64,000 nt of DNA from Piromyces finnis finn (GCA_002104945.1 MCFH01000001.1:1798001-1862000); one strand, 5' to 3'; shown: positions 14,688-29,914, counted from the first letter of the stretch. Notes: a model not told the origin generated them from the sequence alone. Program-made: numbers and translations.

Positions 14688-15523
14688 TTTGATATATAAT
14701 AAATTTTGAAAAGAACTATGAAAATTAATACTTTTTTTTTTAAAAAAAAAAAAATAATAATAATAAATAAATGAAAAAGGAAGAATAAAGAAAGAAAAGT
14801 ATTATTATTTCAAAGGAAATAAATTCAAATGTACATTTTAGTATAAATTTAACATTCTACATAATATTGAAATTTAAAATTACTCTTATAAATAATATTA
14901 ATATATATGTATATATATATACTTTTTTCTATTTATTTACTTATTCCTTTGTTTTGTGTACTGATTAAATAAATTAATAGTCTTCGTTTTATGTTTATTT
15001 AAAATAGCTTCTTTAACATTATAAAAATAACAATATCAATTTCTTTCTATATAAAGTTCTTATTCCACTTATATAATTAAAAAATAATTCACTTTGTTTC
15101 GAAAAAAATTAATATACTACAATATTATTAACGCAAATATATTATAAATTACATTATATATATAGAAAAGTTTATATACTTTAAATTAGTTTAAAATAAA
15201 TTAAAAAAAAAAAAATTAAAATTTTAAAATATATTATTAAAATAAACCATAATCTTATCAAAAAAAAAATATTATTTAAATAAATATTAATAAAAAGAAA
15301 TTTATATAAAATATTTAATAGAATTAATATTTTTTTTATCTTTTAGTTAATGAAATAAATATTATTAAATAATTGATAATAAAATATATAATAACATTTA
15401 TAATTATCATTTTAAATATTTATTTGTTATTTGTAAATATTATTTAATTAAAAGTTTACTTATTTTAAATTTAAACTAAATATAAAATACACATAAAATA
15501 TAAATAATCAATAAAATATTATA

Positions 15524-18500
15524 TTATCCAACTTTTTGGTAATTTCTTTAATAGTAATAAAAAAAAAAAAAAAAGAAATTAATAATTTAATATTTAATAT
15601 CTTAAAATAACATATATTATCAAAAATTAATTATACATACATCTTCTTGATACTTTTAAGTTTTTTAAGGAAAGTTGGTAACACATGTAATTCGTTGTAT
15701 AAAAAGTTACTATAATGTAAATGTAATACAAATAATTTAAAATGTTAGCATTTCCATATTTAAAGATTTCAATATAAAATTTAATAATTTACATTTCTTT
15801 AAGGTTTGATAATTTTATTAATTCAACGGGAATATCTTTTAACAAATTAGTTGAAACATCCCTATAATATATTATGAATTCATATTTTAACTTATAATTA
15901 GTAATTTTTTTTAGAAAATTTTATACGAATATATAAAAGAGCACATACAAGTGTTTCAAATATTTTAAAGAACCAAGGGTTTTTGGTAGAACTTTAATAT
16001 TATTATCATTCGCAATTCTAAAATATTATATATAATGTTTTAATAAAGAAATTTATAATATTAAATATATTTAAATCCCACTATTAATAAATATATAACA
16101 TATATAATATAATTAATAATATATTACAAGCTTTCAAGATATTTCAAATCTCTAATATTATTTGATATTTCAGAAATCCTATTTTTGCTTATATTTCTAA
16201 ATAATATAATATTTAATTGTTAATAAGAAAATTCATTTTATAAACATATGATATATATAAGAACTAATACATACAATGTTTTAAGTTTTGACCATTTACA
16301 AACATTGATATTTATTAATTGATTTGATGACAAATCACTATTTAATTATAAAAAAGGAATATTTTGATTAATATAGAATTTTACTTTATATTATTTAAAT
16401 AGTTTTTATTTACATATATTCTAAATTTGGTAATTCGAATATTTCATTTGGTAACGAATTTAAACAATTATATGATATATCCCTAAAAAATAAATAAAAA
16501 AATAAATAATTAAAATTAATAATTATTCTCATTAATAAAATTTTAAAATTTTCTATTATAGTTACAAATATTTTAAGTGATTTAATTTTTTGATGTTAGG
16601 AGAAATAGATGTTATATTATTAACTTGAATACTCCTATAAAATATAAAGATTATAGATAGATATAGTTTAATTAAATATATATTAAAAATATAGTTAAAT
16701 TATTAAAATAATATTACAATTCTCTTAATTTATAAAGTGTAAATATAGGATCAGGTATATCCACAAAATTATTATATGACAAGTATCTGTAACGATAAAA
16801 TAAATAAATATTTATATAAATAACTTATTATCTATTATATATATATATATAATCAATCTAAACATTATAAAATATTAGAAAATTATACAGTTTTGTAATA
16901 TCTGTAAATTTTTTTAATTCTGAATGGACGATAGATAAATTGTTATTTGAAAGTGACCTTAATATATATATTGAATATTTTAGTCAAATTTTTATAAAAT
17001 ACTTTTTGTTCTTAAATTTATATTATATATTAATAAATTAAAGAAATTTACAAGTATCTCACATTACTAGTCTCTCCTTTTCTAAATTTTATTTCTTTTA
17101 CACGATTACTATGTAAATCCCTATAATTTTTATAATAAGTAAAAATGAAGTTTTTTTTTATTATTAATATACTTCTGGTAATAGTAATATGTATAATTAT
17201 AATAAAATTTATAATGAAATAGATATACAAATTCTGAAGATTTTCCATTTTTCCGATAAATTCTGGAATTTTTGCGATTTCATTTGAATAAAAAATTCTT
17301 TATAATAAATTATAATTTTATATGATATAATTAATTATATCATTAAATTAAATTAATGCTTCATTATATATATTATAAAATATAATACATACATTTCTTC
17401 AAGTTTTTTCAAATTTGAAAGTTCATCAGGAATTTTTGTTAAATTATTACATGCAACATTTCTATTACATTATACGAATTTGATTTTTTATGTTAACTAA
17501 AAATAAATATTTATATGATTTTTATTTTAAAATTTATATATCCTTACAGGATTTTTAAACTAATCAAATTTTTAATATCAGATGAGATTTCAGTTAATTT
17601 ATTATTATGTATATTTCTATTTTTTTGTTATGAATTTTTAAGAAAGGATAATAATATAATATTAATTATTATTATTCAATGAATAATTATTTATGTAATT
17701 AATTTCTCATACAATTCTTCCAAATGAGTTAACTTTAAAATACATGAAGGAACATTATTAAATTTATTATATTGAATAAGTCTAAAAAAAAAATAAATTA
17801 TTATTTTTTGAATGAATAATATTAAAAAATTTAATTAATTAAATTAAATAATATTTCATACATTCTTTTTAGTTTCTTCATTGTTGATATTTCATCTGGC
17901 AAACTTTTTAAATTATTATTTGAGAGTTTTCTAGTTACAAAAAGAAATGGATTTAATATTCAAAACAATATCTAATATATAATAATATATAAAAATTATC
18001 ATACAATTTTTTTAGATTTATCAATTTATTAATTTTACTTGGCAATTTTTCTAAATGATTTCCACCATAGTTTCTAAAATTTAAAAATATTTAAAATATT
18101 AAATTTATATAAATAAAATATAACAGAATATAATTAGTAATTATATATTAATATTTTAAAAATGTTTTATTATATAATATTTACAATTTTTCAAGAGTTG
18201 TAAGTTTTAATATTGTATATGGAAATTCTTTGAAATTATTTTGAGATATATTTCTATTATAAAAATGTTAATAAATATTATACTTATTCAATTTAAATTA
18301 TTTATAATAATTTAAGCATACAAAATTTTTAATGATCTTAATCCTTTAATTTCAGTAACAATTGAATTAAGTTCACAATCACTTAATACTCTGTTTTATA
18401 TACAATAAATATATATATATTATTTAGAAAAAAATTGGGACTTTTCAATTTATATAATATTATATTACAATTTTTCTAATAGAACCAATTGGCCAATTGT

Positions 18501-20804
18501 TTTTGGTAATCGGTAAATTCGATTGTTCGAAAGATTTCTGTTTTTAATCAAAATTAATATAGATATTTAGATGGGTATATTTTTAGATTTTTAATTTATT
18601 ATATTCAATTACTATTATTATATATGATATATTACAGTTCTTTTAAATTTTTTAAAAAGCAGATAGGATTGATTATATTTAATTTACTACTATTCGAATA
18701 ATTACTATTGTTTGTATTTCTATTATTGTTGTTATTGTTATTATTACTACTATTATTATTGTTGCTGTTGTTACTATTATTATTGCTATTATTGTTATTA
18801 TTGTTATTATTGTTATTATTAGGATTATGAATTAATTGAGTAATAAAATTCCTAAAAGCAGCTGAATTCCTTCTTGTAAATGATTGCCTTCTTGTACGTT
18901 CTGGTGGAAATTCTGCATTATTCTCAATAGCACTGGAATTATTTGTAATCCCTTCCTCAGTGCTTCGGTATTCATTTGGATTCAAATCATTCTGATATGT
19001 GTTAGAATGATCTTCAAAATTATCATTATTATTATTATCATCATTATTATTGTTGTTGTTATCATTATCATTATTATTATTAACATCATAATTATTATTA
19101 TTGTTGTTGTTGTTGTTGTTGTTGTTATCATTATCATTATTATTATTATTATTAGCATCATAATTATTATTATTGTTGTTGTTGTTGTTATCATTATCAT
19201 TATTATTATTAGCATCATAATTATTATTATTGTTGTTGTTGTTGTTATCATTATCATTATTATTATTAGCATCATAATTATTATTATTATTATTGTTGTT
19301 GTTGTTGTTATCATTATCATTATTATTATTAACATCATAATTATTATTATTATTGTTGTTGTTATTACTATTTGATTCATCACTAATCAAACTATGAATT
19401 GAATTATTTTCATCATTGAATGAATTAATACTAAGTTCACTACTGGAATTACTTATGCTAACAGCATTATTTCCATTAGTAGCATTTAAAATAACTACTT
19501 CATTAGCATTTTCTTCTTCAACTTGATTCATCATTTCTGGAATATCATTTGTACTATGAATATCTGAATCAAGCTCATTATCAGAATTATTATTGCTACT
19601 TATGTTACTTACACTATCATTTTCATTTTCATTGACATAATTTTCATTGTTATTATCTATACTTTCATTTATTCCATCATTTCCTTCACCTTCTTCTTCC
19701 ACTTCAAATCCTCTATTCTCCTCTTCATTATTATATTCACTTCTATTATTATTGATTGGATCAATAATATTACTATCAATATATAAATCAAGATTATCAG
19801 GAATTGCAAAACCAGAACTAGCATTTTGATATGAAGAACTGTGATTATGTCTATGGTTATGACCATGATGACCATGATTATGTCTTTGATGATTTTGACC
19901 TCTTACTGCACCATTATATTGCCCATTTCCAATAAATTCTTCTATTATATTCCTTTTATGTGAAGAATTTTTTAAACAGTTGTTACTAAAATTTCTATAA
20001 TATATAATTAATTCAAGATTAATATAAAATTCTTCTTATTATATGTATATTAATAAATATAAAAAAAAAAAGGTAATATGAACAATATTTCAAGATTACG
20101 AAAAAGAGATATCTTAGATGATATTCTTTCAATTTTATTGTTGGAAATATTTCTTATAATTTTTAAATAGAATAATTAGTATGCTTTTATAGCATATGCA
20201 TATTTAAGATTATGTATAATAAATTATATTCATACAATTCTTTTAAATCATGTAAGTGTACAATTTCCGAAGGAAAATGTGAATAATTAACTCCTGATAT
20301 GTTTCTATATTTTTATTAATAATTTATAAGTACATTAATTTAGATTTTTAATATATAATATATACATATTAAATTTTCACTATATTACAATGTTTTCAAG
20401 TTTTTAAATTTTGATATTTCATCAGATATTGGTATTTTTTTTGTGATTTTTATTTCTTTTATTTGGTTAATAAATTTCACTTCAAAATAATCAATAAAAT
20501 TCCATATATAATCATTTACTATTAATTTTTCAATTCTTAAATCATAAGTATATTTATTTAATAATATATAACGAGCACATGGATTTTGACGATATAAATA
20601 TGAAATAGAATGATTTAGGCAATTTTTTGTACTTTTATCTGAGAAAAAATAAATTTTGTCTAAAATATTTTTAGTAAACCCATTTTTTAGAATGGGTATA
20701 TCATCGTTTTTAACATATTTTAATAAATCAAATGTCAATTTTGGTTTACTTATATCATTATTATTATTTAATTTATTTCCCTTATTAATTAATTTTATTC
20801 TCAT
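15524..20804 (-). CDS. Cytosolic leucine-rich-repeat protein of ~1079 aa with 24 exons, one LRR per exon; no signal peptide or TM segment seen
   Basis: Exons read by eye, all GT-AG and phase 2: 20804-20389, 20304-20236, 20152-20084, 19994-18636, 18537-18469, 18390-18322, 18253-18185, 18073-18005, 17930-17862, 17781-17713, 17616-17548, 17461-17393, 17297-17229, 17120-17052, 16957-16889, 16786-16718, 16634-16566, 16482-16414, 16337-16275, 16196-16128, 16017-15949, 15861-15793, 15709-15641, 15545-15524. The total is 3240 nt, divisible by 3. Each short exon encodes one xLSxNxLxxLPxxIxxLxxLxxL unit (e.g. NLSNNRIYRLPKTIGQLVLLEKL, KLSNNNLKSLPDEISTMKKLKR). Confidence 0.85.
18710..19380 (-). repeat. 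Coding (AAT/AAC/GAT)-rich low-complexity tract with five YD(A/V)NNNNDNDNn minisatellite units inside the LRR gene
   Basis: The 356-aa ORF shows poly-Asn runs and the recurring unit YD[AV]NNNNDNDNNNNNN five times. The same tract explains the spurious poly-Ile ORFs in the other frames. Confidence 0.85.
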
Positions 20805-21937
20805 TTTTCCATATCAAATTAGGAATAAATTAATATATTAGAAAACTTTTTTGTGTTGTGTTATTGTATTATTTCCTTTTGAAACTATTACTTTTGCATA
20901 TAATTTTAAATTTCATTTGAAAAAATTTATTAATAAATTTTAACAATTATAGTAATGCATATTTAAGTTTTTTTAAATAGCTTGGTTATTTGAATATAAA
21001 AAGAATTAGCATTTTTAAATCTTTTTATAAAAAAAATTGCTAATTTATTTATATAAAAAAAAAAGAAATTAAAGTTCAGTATTTTGAAATAATTTAAAAT
21101 ATAAAAAAGTTAATCAAAAGAAAAAAAGAAATATTAAAAGTTAAGCTTTATATAATATTGTAAATGTATTACATTTATTATAAATTATAATTTTTCAGAA
21201 AAAAAAACAAGTATAATATGTAATATAATATGTAAAAATCGAATATTATAACATTTTTTTATAAGATATAATTATTAATGATGATGGTAAAATAATTAAT
21301 TATAGTTTAAATATTTAACAAAACCTAACCTATCACCATTTGTAAGTGTAATCCACAATTTTTAATATATAATAAAAATAAATTATTATGAAAAATATTA
21401 ATTTTAATTAAACAATTATTATTTGTTTATTTTCTATTAAATTATTTCTACAATCAAAATGCATGAATTTAAAATAAAAAAATTATTTATAAAAATAAAA
21501 TAAATTTAAGAATTAACAACCATTAAGATTATAATAAAAATACAAATTACCATAAATAATATTATAGGGTATTTTTAAATCAGTATCCATATAAAAATAA
21601 TAAAAGATATAAAAAAAATTACAAATTCTTAAATAAAACTTCAAAAATAAATATTTTTTTAATAAATTACATTTTTCAAATTTTATAGAAATAAATTTTA
21701 CAATCATTTACATTGAGCAGTAAATTTTTAATTAGAAAGTATTGTTAATATAAAATAAATTAGCAATAAGAAAATTTAGTAGATATATATAATTTTTTAG
21801 TAGATTATACTTTTTATAATATCTACAATATTATAAGAAACATAACAATTTATTTAAATTGATAAAACAATATATATTTAAGCACATTAAATAATACCTT
21901 TTATTATTATTATTATTATTATTAATGTAAAATTAAA

Positions 21938-24900
21938 ATGAACAAATTTAATATGGAGGAAGACCAACAGAAAAATTTAAATTCAACGAATCATGCAAGG
22001 TATATGCCTTTAGAGAATGAAGAAAAAAAGAAAAAACAAAAAATTTTATTACATGAAGATTTAATTATAACTTTAAATGGATATCAGCAAATTCCATATA
22101 AAAAAATCATATACTATGTATTATGTATAATATCATTTGGTATAATATTTTTAATATTTCATTGGTTTCCAAAACTTAAATTAAAATTATTAGGTGAAAT
22201 AATTCCAATAGAAGATGCATCAGAATTATTTATAGAAAATACTTGGAGTAGTGGTGTTGCGCATATTAAAATCAAATGTAATTTTTATCATGGTAAAATT
22301 TCAGATATTTTTCCAAAATATAGTAAGATTAGTGAATATACTAGACAACATAATATAACACCTTCACAAATAGAAAATGCAAATTTAGAACAACAATTTT
22401 ATTTAAAATATTTTAAATATCAATATATTCGTTTTATTTTTAATCCAATTACTTTAAAATATGAACAAATTTCAAATTGGAAAGATCCTAATTGGGTTTC
22501 TATTAAATCAACAATTAATGGTATAGAATCAAACGAAATTTTCAATAAACGTAAACAAATTTTCGGTTCAAATGTCGCTCAAATTCATCAAAAGTCAACA
22601 CTTTCATTTTTAATAGATGAAGTATTACATCCATTTTATATTTTTCAAATATTTTCTATAATATTATGGTGTGCAGAAGATTATTATTATTATGCTTTTT
22701 GTATTTTTGTAATGTCAGTATTTAGTACATATTCTACATTAAAAACATCAAAAGAAAATTTAAAAAAAATATCTGAAATGAGTAAATTTACATGTCCTGT
22801 GGTTGTAGTTCGTAAAGATGAAAATCAGGAAAGCATATATAAACATATTGATTCTGGCGATTTAGTACCAGGAGATGTACTTATTATAGCTCCAGATGAA
22901 TTAGAAATTCTACCATGTGATGCTATCTTATTAAAAGGAGACTGTATTGTAAATGAAAGTATGTTAACAGGTGAAAGTATGCCAATTAATAAAATTCCAA
23001 TTAAAGATGAAGAATTAAAAAATCTTGATTTTGAAACAGATGATGTTGTAGAAAAATTAGGAAATTGTTGTTTCTTTGCTGGTACTAAAATTGTCAGAGT
23101 TAAAGGTGATAAAAATCAGATGCTTAATAATGAAAATTCCTCATCTGCTCAATCACATGAAAATAATAATAATATAAAATCTAAAAGAAAAAGAAATTTA
23201 AAGTATGAAACTAAATCAGCCTATGCATTAGTAATCCGTACAGGATTCAACACAGTAAAGGGATCACTTGTACGTTCAATGCTATTTCCTAAACAAAATT
23301 ATTTCAAATTTTATCGTGATTCATTTAACTTCATTTATGTATTATTTATAATTGCATTGATTGGTTTCTGTGGTTCTCTTTATAATTTTATTAAATACGG
23401 AGTACCAATATCAATTATTATCATAAGAGCTTTGGATTTAATTACGATTGTTGTTCCACCTGCATTACCAGCAACAATGAGCATTGGTACAAGTTTTGCT
23501 ATTTCAAAGTTGAAAGAATTGAACATTTTTTGTATTAGTCCAAATCATGTAATTATTGGAGGTAAATTAAATTTAATTTGTTTTGATAAAACAGGAACAT
23601 TAACAGAAAATGGTCTTTGTGTACATGGAGTTCATTATTTAGAACAATCAAAATCATCAGCCCTCTCTAGTAATAATTCGTTAATAAACTTAGCATCTAA
23701 TAGTTATTCAAGTTTCCAAGGTAATAAATAAATAATAATAAAACTATATATATTTAATATTTGTTATTTATTATCAATCATTGATTTAATTTTGTTTTAT
23801 ATGTACACATTCTTAGATAATATGATATCTAAAGTAAAATTTTCAAAATTAAGTAATCATAAATCAAGAAATAAAGACTTTTTCTCACCATCATATTCAA
23901 CAGTAGTCATGAATTCACCATTATATAATAAACAATTCGTTGTTAATAGCAGTTGTTCAAGTATTAATGATAAAAATAAAGTGGCATTTTCATTTGACGA
24001 TTTAAATGAAGGTTCGCAAAGTCCCAATTTAGAAAAGTTAAATGGTATGTTTTTAAAATAAGAGGTATAAAATTGATGAATTTTAAAAATTTCATTTTAG
24101 GAGAAATAAATAAGTGGAATAACGAAATTTAAAAAAAAAAAATAAATAAATAAAAATAAAAAGAATATGAAATTAAAATTCAAAACTAATTTATTAATTT
24201 ATATTATACAATTAATAATATATTTTTTTAATTTCAATGTTTCCTTTATTCAATTAGAATCATTTGATTACAACGAAATGTCACTTTTAATTTCAAAAAG
24301 ATATATTGATTTGTTACGATTTGCTATGGCAACATGTCACAATTTAAAAGTCGTTAATGGTAAATTAATTGGAGATCCATTAGATGTTGAGATGTTTAAG
24401 TTCATAGATTGGTCAATTCAAGAAAAAGAAGGTACTATTGATGGTTTATCCACTATTGTCAGACCAAAGAATAATGTAGATTTTGAAAAAGAGAAGCGAA
24501 TAAATGAAATAGATTCAGCCAACAGTCCTCGCTCTTTCAAAAAAGATTTAGAAAATATGGAAAAAATATCAAAAATTGCTTCATCAAAATATTTATTTGA
24601 ATTAGGTATTCTTAGAGTATTTGAATTTGCAAGTCATTTAAGAAGAATGAGTGTAATTGTTCGTCGAATGTATTTCGAAGAATCAAATTTAACTGTTTCA
24701 AATTCATTAGAAGTTTTTGTTAAAGGAGCCCCAGAAGTTATTCGTGATATTTGTAAAAATAAAACAAGTAAGTTTATTACTACTTTACATATTATTTAAT
24801 TATTTTTTAATACTATATACTTAAATAAGAAGATTAATTTATTCCGATTTTAAAATATATATAGTACCACTAGAATTCAATCAAAAACTTCATAAGTTAG

Positions 24901-27192
24901 TTAATAAAGGTTACCGTGTTATTGCTGTAGGTTACAAAACAATAGAAAATGTAAAGTTCCATAAATTAATGAAGATGAAAAGGTAATAATTAAATATATA
25001 TATATATATTTAAATTAAGTATTTTATTAATACTATTCTTTTCATAATAATATATAATGATATATATAAAATTTTATAGAGAAGAAATTGAATCAGATCT
25101 AGAATTTTTGGGTTTTATTGTATTTGAAAATCCATTAAAGTCTGGAACAAAAAAAACTATTGAAGCATTAAATGATGCAAATATTCGTTCATTAATGTGT
25201 ACTGGTGATAATATTCTTACAGGTATTTCTGTTGCAAAAGAATGTAGTATGTTAAGTAAAGATGCTCAAGTTAAGATTTTAAAATTCGTAGAAGGTACAG
25301 GAGAAGTAGATGAACATACTATTCCAGAATTAATTCATGGTGGTAGAACATCAGATGCTCAAATTTACTTAGAAGAACATGAAAATACAGGAGATGATGA
25401 TAGCGAATCACAATCTGAATCAGAAATTGAATCTATGGATTCAATGGATGAAAATATGGTATTTAATTAATCTTTATATATTATTTATATTATTCTTTCA
25501 AAATAAAAAAAAAAAAAAAAAAAAAAAAGAATTAAAAAATTTAAATTTTCCTATTAAATATATATATATAATATAATAGTCAATGTTTCTTTCAAATAAT
25601 ATTAGTTCAACTGAAATTCTCAATAGAGAAAGTCTCATTAATATCAAAAATGAATATTATGCAATGAGTGGAGATGTTTTTGATTGGATTTTACATAATT
25701 ATTCAGATAAGCATTTAAAATCAATATTAGAAAATTGTAGAATTTTTGCACGTATGCTTCCGGATCAAAAGCAAATTCTAGTTGAAAAATATCATGAAAT
25801 TGGATATTGTGTTTCATTTTGTGGTGATGGTGCAAATGATTGTGGAGCATTAAAATCAGCTGATGTAAACTTCCTAATATATAAAATATATATAATTATA
25901 AAATATAAAGTATGTATATATTTAAATATTTTAAAAAAAAAAATGTGTTTAGGTTGGTTTGTCTTTATCCGAAGCTGAAGCAAGTGTAGCGGCCCCATTT
26001 ACAAGTCAAGATATGGATTTAAAATGTGTTTTGAATGTTATTAAGTAAGTTATCACCATTATTAAAAATTTTAAAGAAGTTTACATTTCTAAGAAAACAG
26101 CAATAAATTATCTTAATATTTATATTTATTTATTTATTTCTTTCATTAATAATAAAAAGGGAAGGAAGAGCTGCTTTGGTTACAAACTTTAGTTGTTTCA
26201 AGTATATGGCTTTATATAGTTTAATTCAATTCACTACTGTTAGTTTATTATATTCTTTAGCAGGAAATTTAGGAGATGTACAGGTAAATATAAAATATTT
26301 AAAAGAAAAAAATAATTAAAAAGGAAGTAATAACATTTTTTTTTTTTATATTTTAATAGTTTTTATTTATAGATTTATTCTTAATTTTACCAATTGCAGT
26401 TGCAAGTAAGTAGTTTATTAAATATATAGTTATTAATGATATTTAATAAAATTTTAAGAAAAAATATTCATTTCAATATGATAAATTTACTGTAACAATA
26501 TAATAGTGGGTAGATCAGGATCATATCATAAAATATATCATAAAGCTCCTACATCAAATTTGGTTTCCTTTAAAGTATTAGTGTCACTTATTGGACAAAT
26601 TGTTATTCAAATGATATTCCAATTTCATATATTTTTCTGGACTAAAAAACAAACATGGTAAATATATATATAAATTTAAAATAGTAATAAAAATAATAAT
26701 ATCTAAAATGATTTATACGTTATAATAGGTATGAAGCACCTGAACAGAAAGGTGATGGTAAAACAGTTCTCTGTTATGAAAATACACTTTTATTCTATAT
26801 TAGTTGTTTCCAATACATTGTGGGTGCATTAGTTTATAGTGTTGGACCACCATACCGTCAACCAATTACAACTAATAGTAAGTTGATTATAAAAATAAGT
26901 ATACTCTATAAAAATTCTTTATAATATATAAAAACAATTAACTCTTTTTTATAATATAATATTAATAGGGATGTTTATGTTTATTTCAGCATTTGCATCA
27001 TTTATCATTCTTATTATTTTATTTATACCAAATACACAAATATTATCTTTTGTAGAATTAATGGTAATTCCATTCTCTGCTAGATGTTATACCCTTTATA
27101 TTATTATAGTAAATGCAGTAGTTAGTATTTTAGCTGAACTTTATCTCTGGCGTTGGATAACAATGAAACTTAAAAAGAGAAAATATATTTAA
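21938..27192 (+). CDS. YPK9: P5B-type ATPase (Ypk9/ATP13A2-like), about 12 exons
   Basis: Motifs: [41 protein letters not shown] (phosphorylation site), [49 protein letters not shown] (spliced) and EGRAALVT. Linking introns are GT-AG and phase-compatible where checked. Confidence 0.95.
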
Positions 27193-28014
27193 AATATTTA
27201 ATTCCTTCTTTCATTTAAATATAAAAAAAAAAAACAGTTTATAAAATATAAAATAAAGTATTGTATTTCTTTATTAAAATATTAAATTGTTATGCCTATA
27301 ATATTCCTAAAATAAATAAATAAATAAATAAAATAACAAAACATAATTTAAAAAATAATTAAAAAGAAAATTTAATTAATACAATAAATATATTATTGCA
27401 TGGTACATTTAGAATTAAAAGAAAAAATTTTTTCCATTAAAATTTTCAATAATGGAGGACATTTATTTCTACTATTTTAATATTTATATATATATGAATA
27501 TAAAGTGAACAAAAGTATATGAAATAAGAAATAAAAAATAAAAAACGTTTATATAATTTTAACATAAATTGTAAAAAAAAAAAAACGTTAAATATGGAAT
27601 ATTTATATTCAATTATTAATGATGATTCTATTAATTTGTTAATAAAGAAAATAATAACGATACAACACAAAATTTCCTAAATTAATAATGGAAAAGGAAA
27701 ATAAAAAAATCTAATTGATAATTGATATAATTGATATGAAATATTAGTTAACAAATATTAAAGAATGTAATAAATTATTTATTTATTGTTAGAACATGTG
27801 AATTACTAATACATTATTAATTACTTTTCCAATATATTCTAAGAATATTTATAAACAATAATTTTAATAATTTAATTAGCCACATTTTGTAGTATAAATT
27901 TATTCAAATTTCCATTAATTAACTCAATGTAGTTATTGTTATAAATGTAATTACCACAATTAATATTAATAAAATTTAAATAATTATAAAGCCTAAATTA
28001 ACAACTCTTAAAAT

Positions 28015-28045
<31 letters not shown>

Positions 28046-29914
28046 TCTATTATTTATTATTGTATTGTTGTATTGTTAAATTTTTTTCATTTTTCATTTT
28101 ATTTTAAATATTCCTAGTTATAGGAGACAATTTTAATTAAAAAACAAAAATACCGCTAATTGATTTATATATCCAAACATAAAAGGACAATTAGAAATAT
28201 TTAATTAAAATTTAATTAAATTTAATATAAATTATAAGTTATAAAAATCTACATCTTAAATATTAATTATTGATTAAACTTTATAGTCATTCATAATTTT
28301 ATAAATAATAAGGTTTTTGTTCAGGTAACTAGTATATATGAATATCTAAGTTATAAAATGATTTATAATGAAAAATGACATTGTTTTATTAGACTAATGG
28401 ATATTAATTATTACATAATTAATGATATGATTAATAATAAAAGAAAAATTGAAAAGAAAAACTTAATTATTTAAAATTTTTAAAAAAAAAAAGTTGAAAT
28501 TCAAAAATATATTTTATATTAATTATCGTAAATTTTGTTAACTAAAAATTTACCTCCCTCCATTTTCCATTTTAAGTCAGTGATTTGCGTAGATTTACTA
28601 AAGTGTCTTTCTTATTTAATATAATAATATATTTATATAAATAAAAAAATAATTATTTAATAATTAATTAATATTATTATTAAATTATGATTAATTTTTA
28701 TTATATAATTTTCTAAATAAAAACTATACATTATTGTAATACAAAATAAATAGATGAGAAAACTTTAAATATTATACTTTTCAATAATAAAATTTGAAAA
28801 ATTAATTCTTTAAATTTATGTATTAAATTATCCAAAAATTTATTATTGAAAATATTTCGATAAATATAATCATTTACTATATATGAAAAGACAAAAATTA
28901 TCTATCTATATCTATACTAAAATGAAAAGAAAATATTTTTAAATTTAATAAAAATATCCTAATATAAAATAAAGTAATTATTATAGTGTTTATATAACTT
29001 ATTAAAAGAATTATAAGTGTATACAAGTATTGATATATAATTCAAATAATAATTTTTGAATTATTCACTATCAAAATTAATTCCATCATCTATGATTCAT
29101 AAAATTAATTAATATTTTTTACTTAATAAATAAGGTTTTATTTCTAATATGACTTATAAAAAAAAGTAAATTTTAATTTATAATAAATAGTAGAATTATA
29201 ATTTTGATTGATTGAGTCGTTGAACAATAAAAAAATTATTAAATTTTTATTAAAATATAAATAATATAATTATGCAATTATTATATTTTAAAATTCAAAA
29301 AAAAAATTTTTTTTTATTATAAAAATAATATTTTTTTCCACGATTTTTTTTATTTTTAGTAAATAAGAAAATATAATAGTTAACTCTTAATAAGAGTTAC
29401 AATATATATAATAAAATAATATATTTAATAATTTTTAAAATATAATTATTTTTTTCCTTACATCTACTTACATATTTATATTTAAAATATTAATCATTAA
29501 AAAGAAAAAAAAGCTTTTTGTAAAATAGCTTGTATAATAACAATTAAAAAAAGAATTAACTTTTGTAAATATATTTAAATATACATATAAAAAGGTATTA
29601 ATTCAATAATATAAAATAATTGAAACTATTAATTACTTTAAATTAACTTTTTATTATCTCTAAAAAAACTTATATTTATATTAAATCTTTTTTTTGATTA
29701 TAATAAAACAAATTTCAAATTATTTATATTCAATATTTTATTTAATAACAATAACAATAATTAATTATTTAATCACTCATTAAAATTCTCAATTAATTTA
29801 TTATTTTGAATATACTGGGAAAAAAAATAAAAAATAAAAAAATAGTAATATTTTTATTTCATATACATAATTATAATAATATTTAAAAAAAGTTGAAAAT
29901 AAAAAAAAATCAAA

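Noticed and set aside
15641-18537. Regular ~165-bp periodicity reminiscent of a repeat-spacer (CRISPR-like) array or satellite
   Set aside because: There is no identical direct repeat. The period is exon plus intron of the LRR gene, and the context is eukaryotic.
18884-19383. Poly-Ile/Val ORFs (163 aa on +, 133 aa on -) that look like membrane proteins
   Set aside because: They are alternative-frame readings of the poly-Asn coding tract of the LRR gene.
12759-27192. VCX1 and YPK9 (both vacuolar cation transport) near each other, suggesting a functional cluster
   Set aside because: They are separated by the LRR gene and no shared regulatory motif is visible. Proximity alone is not evidence.
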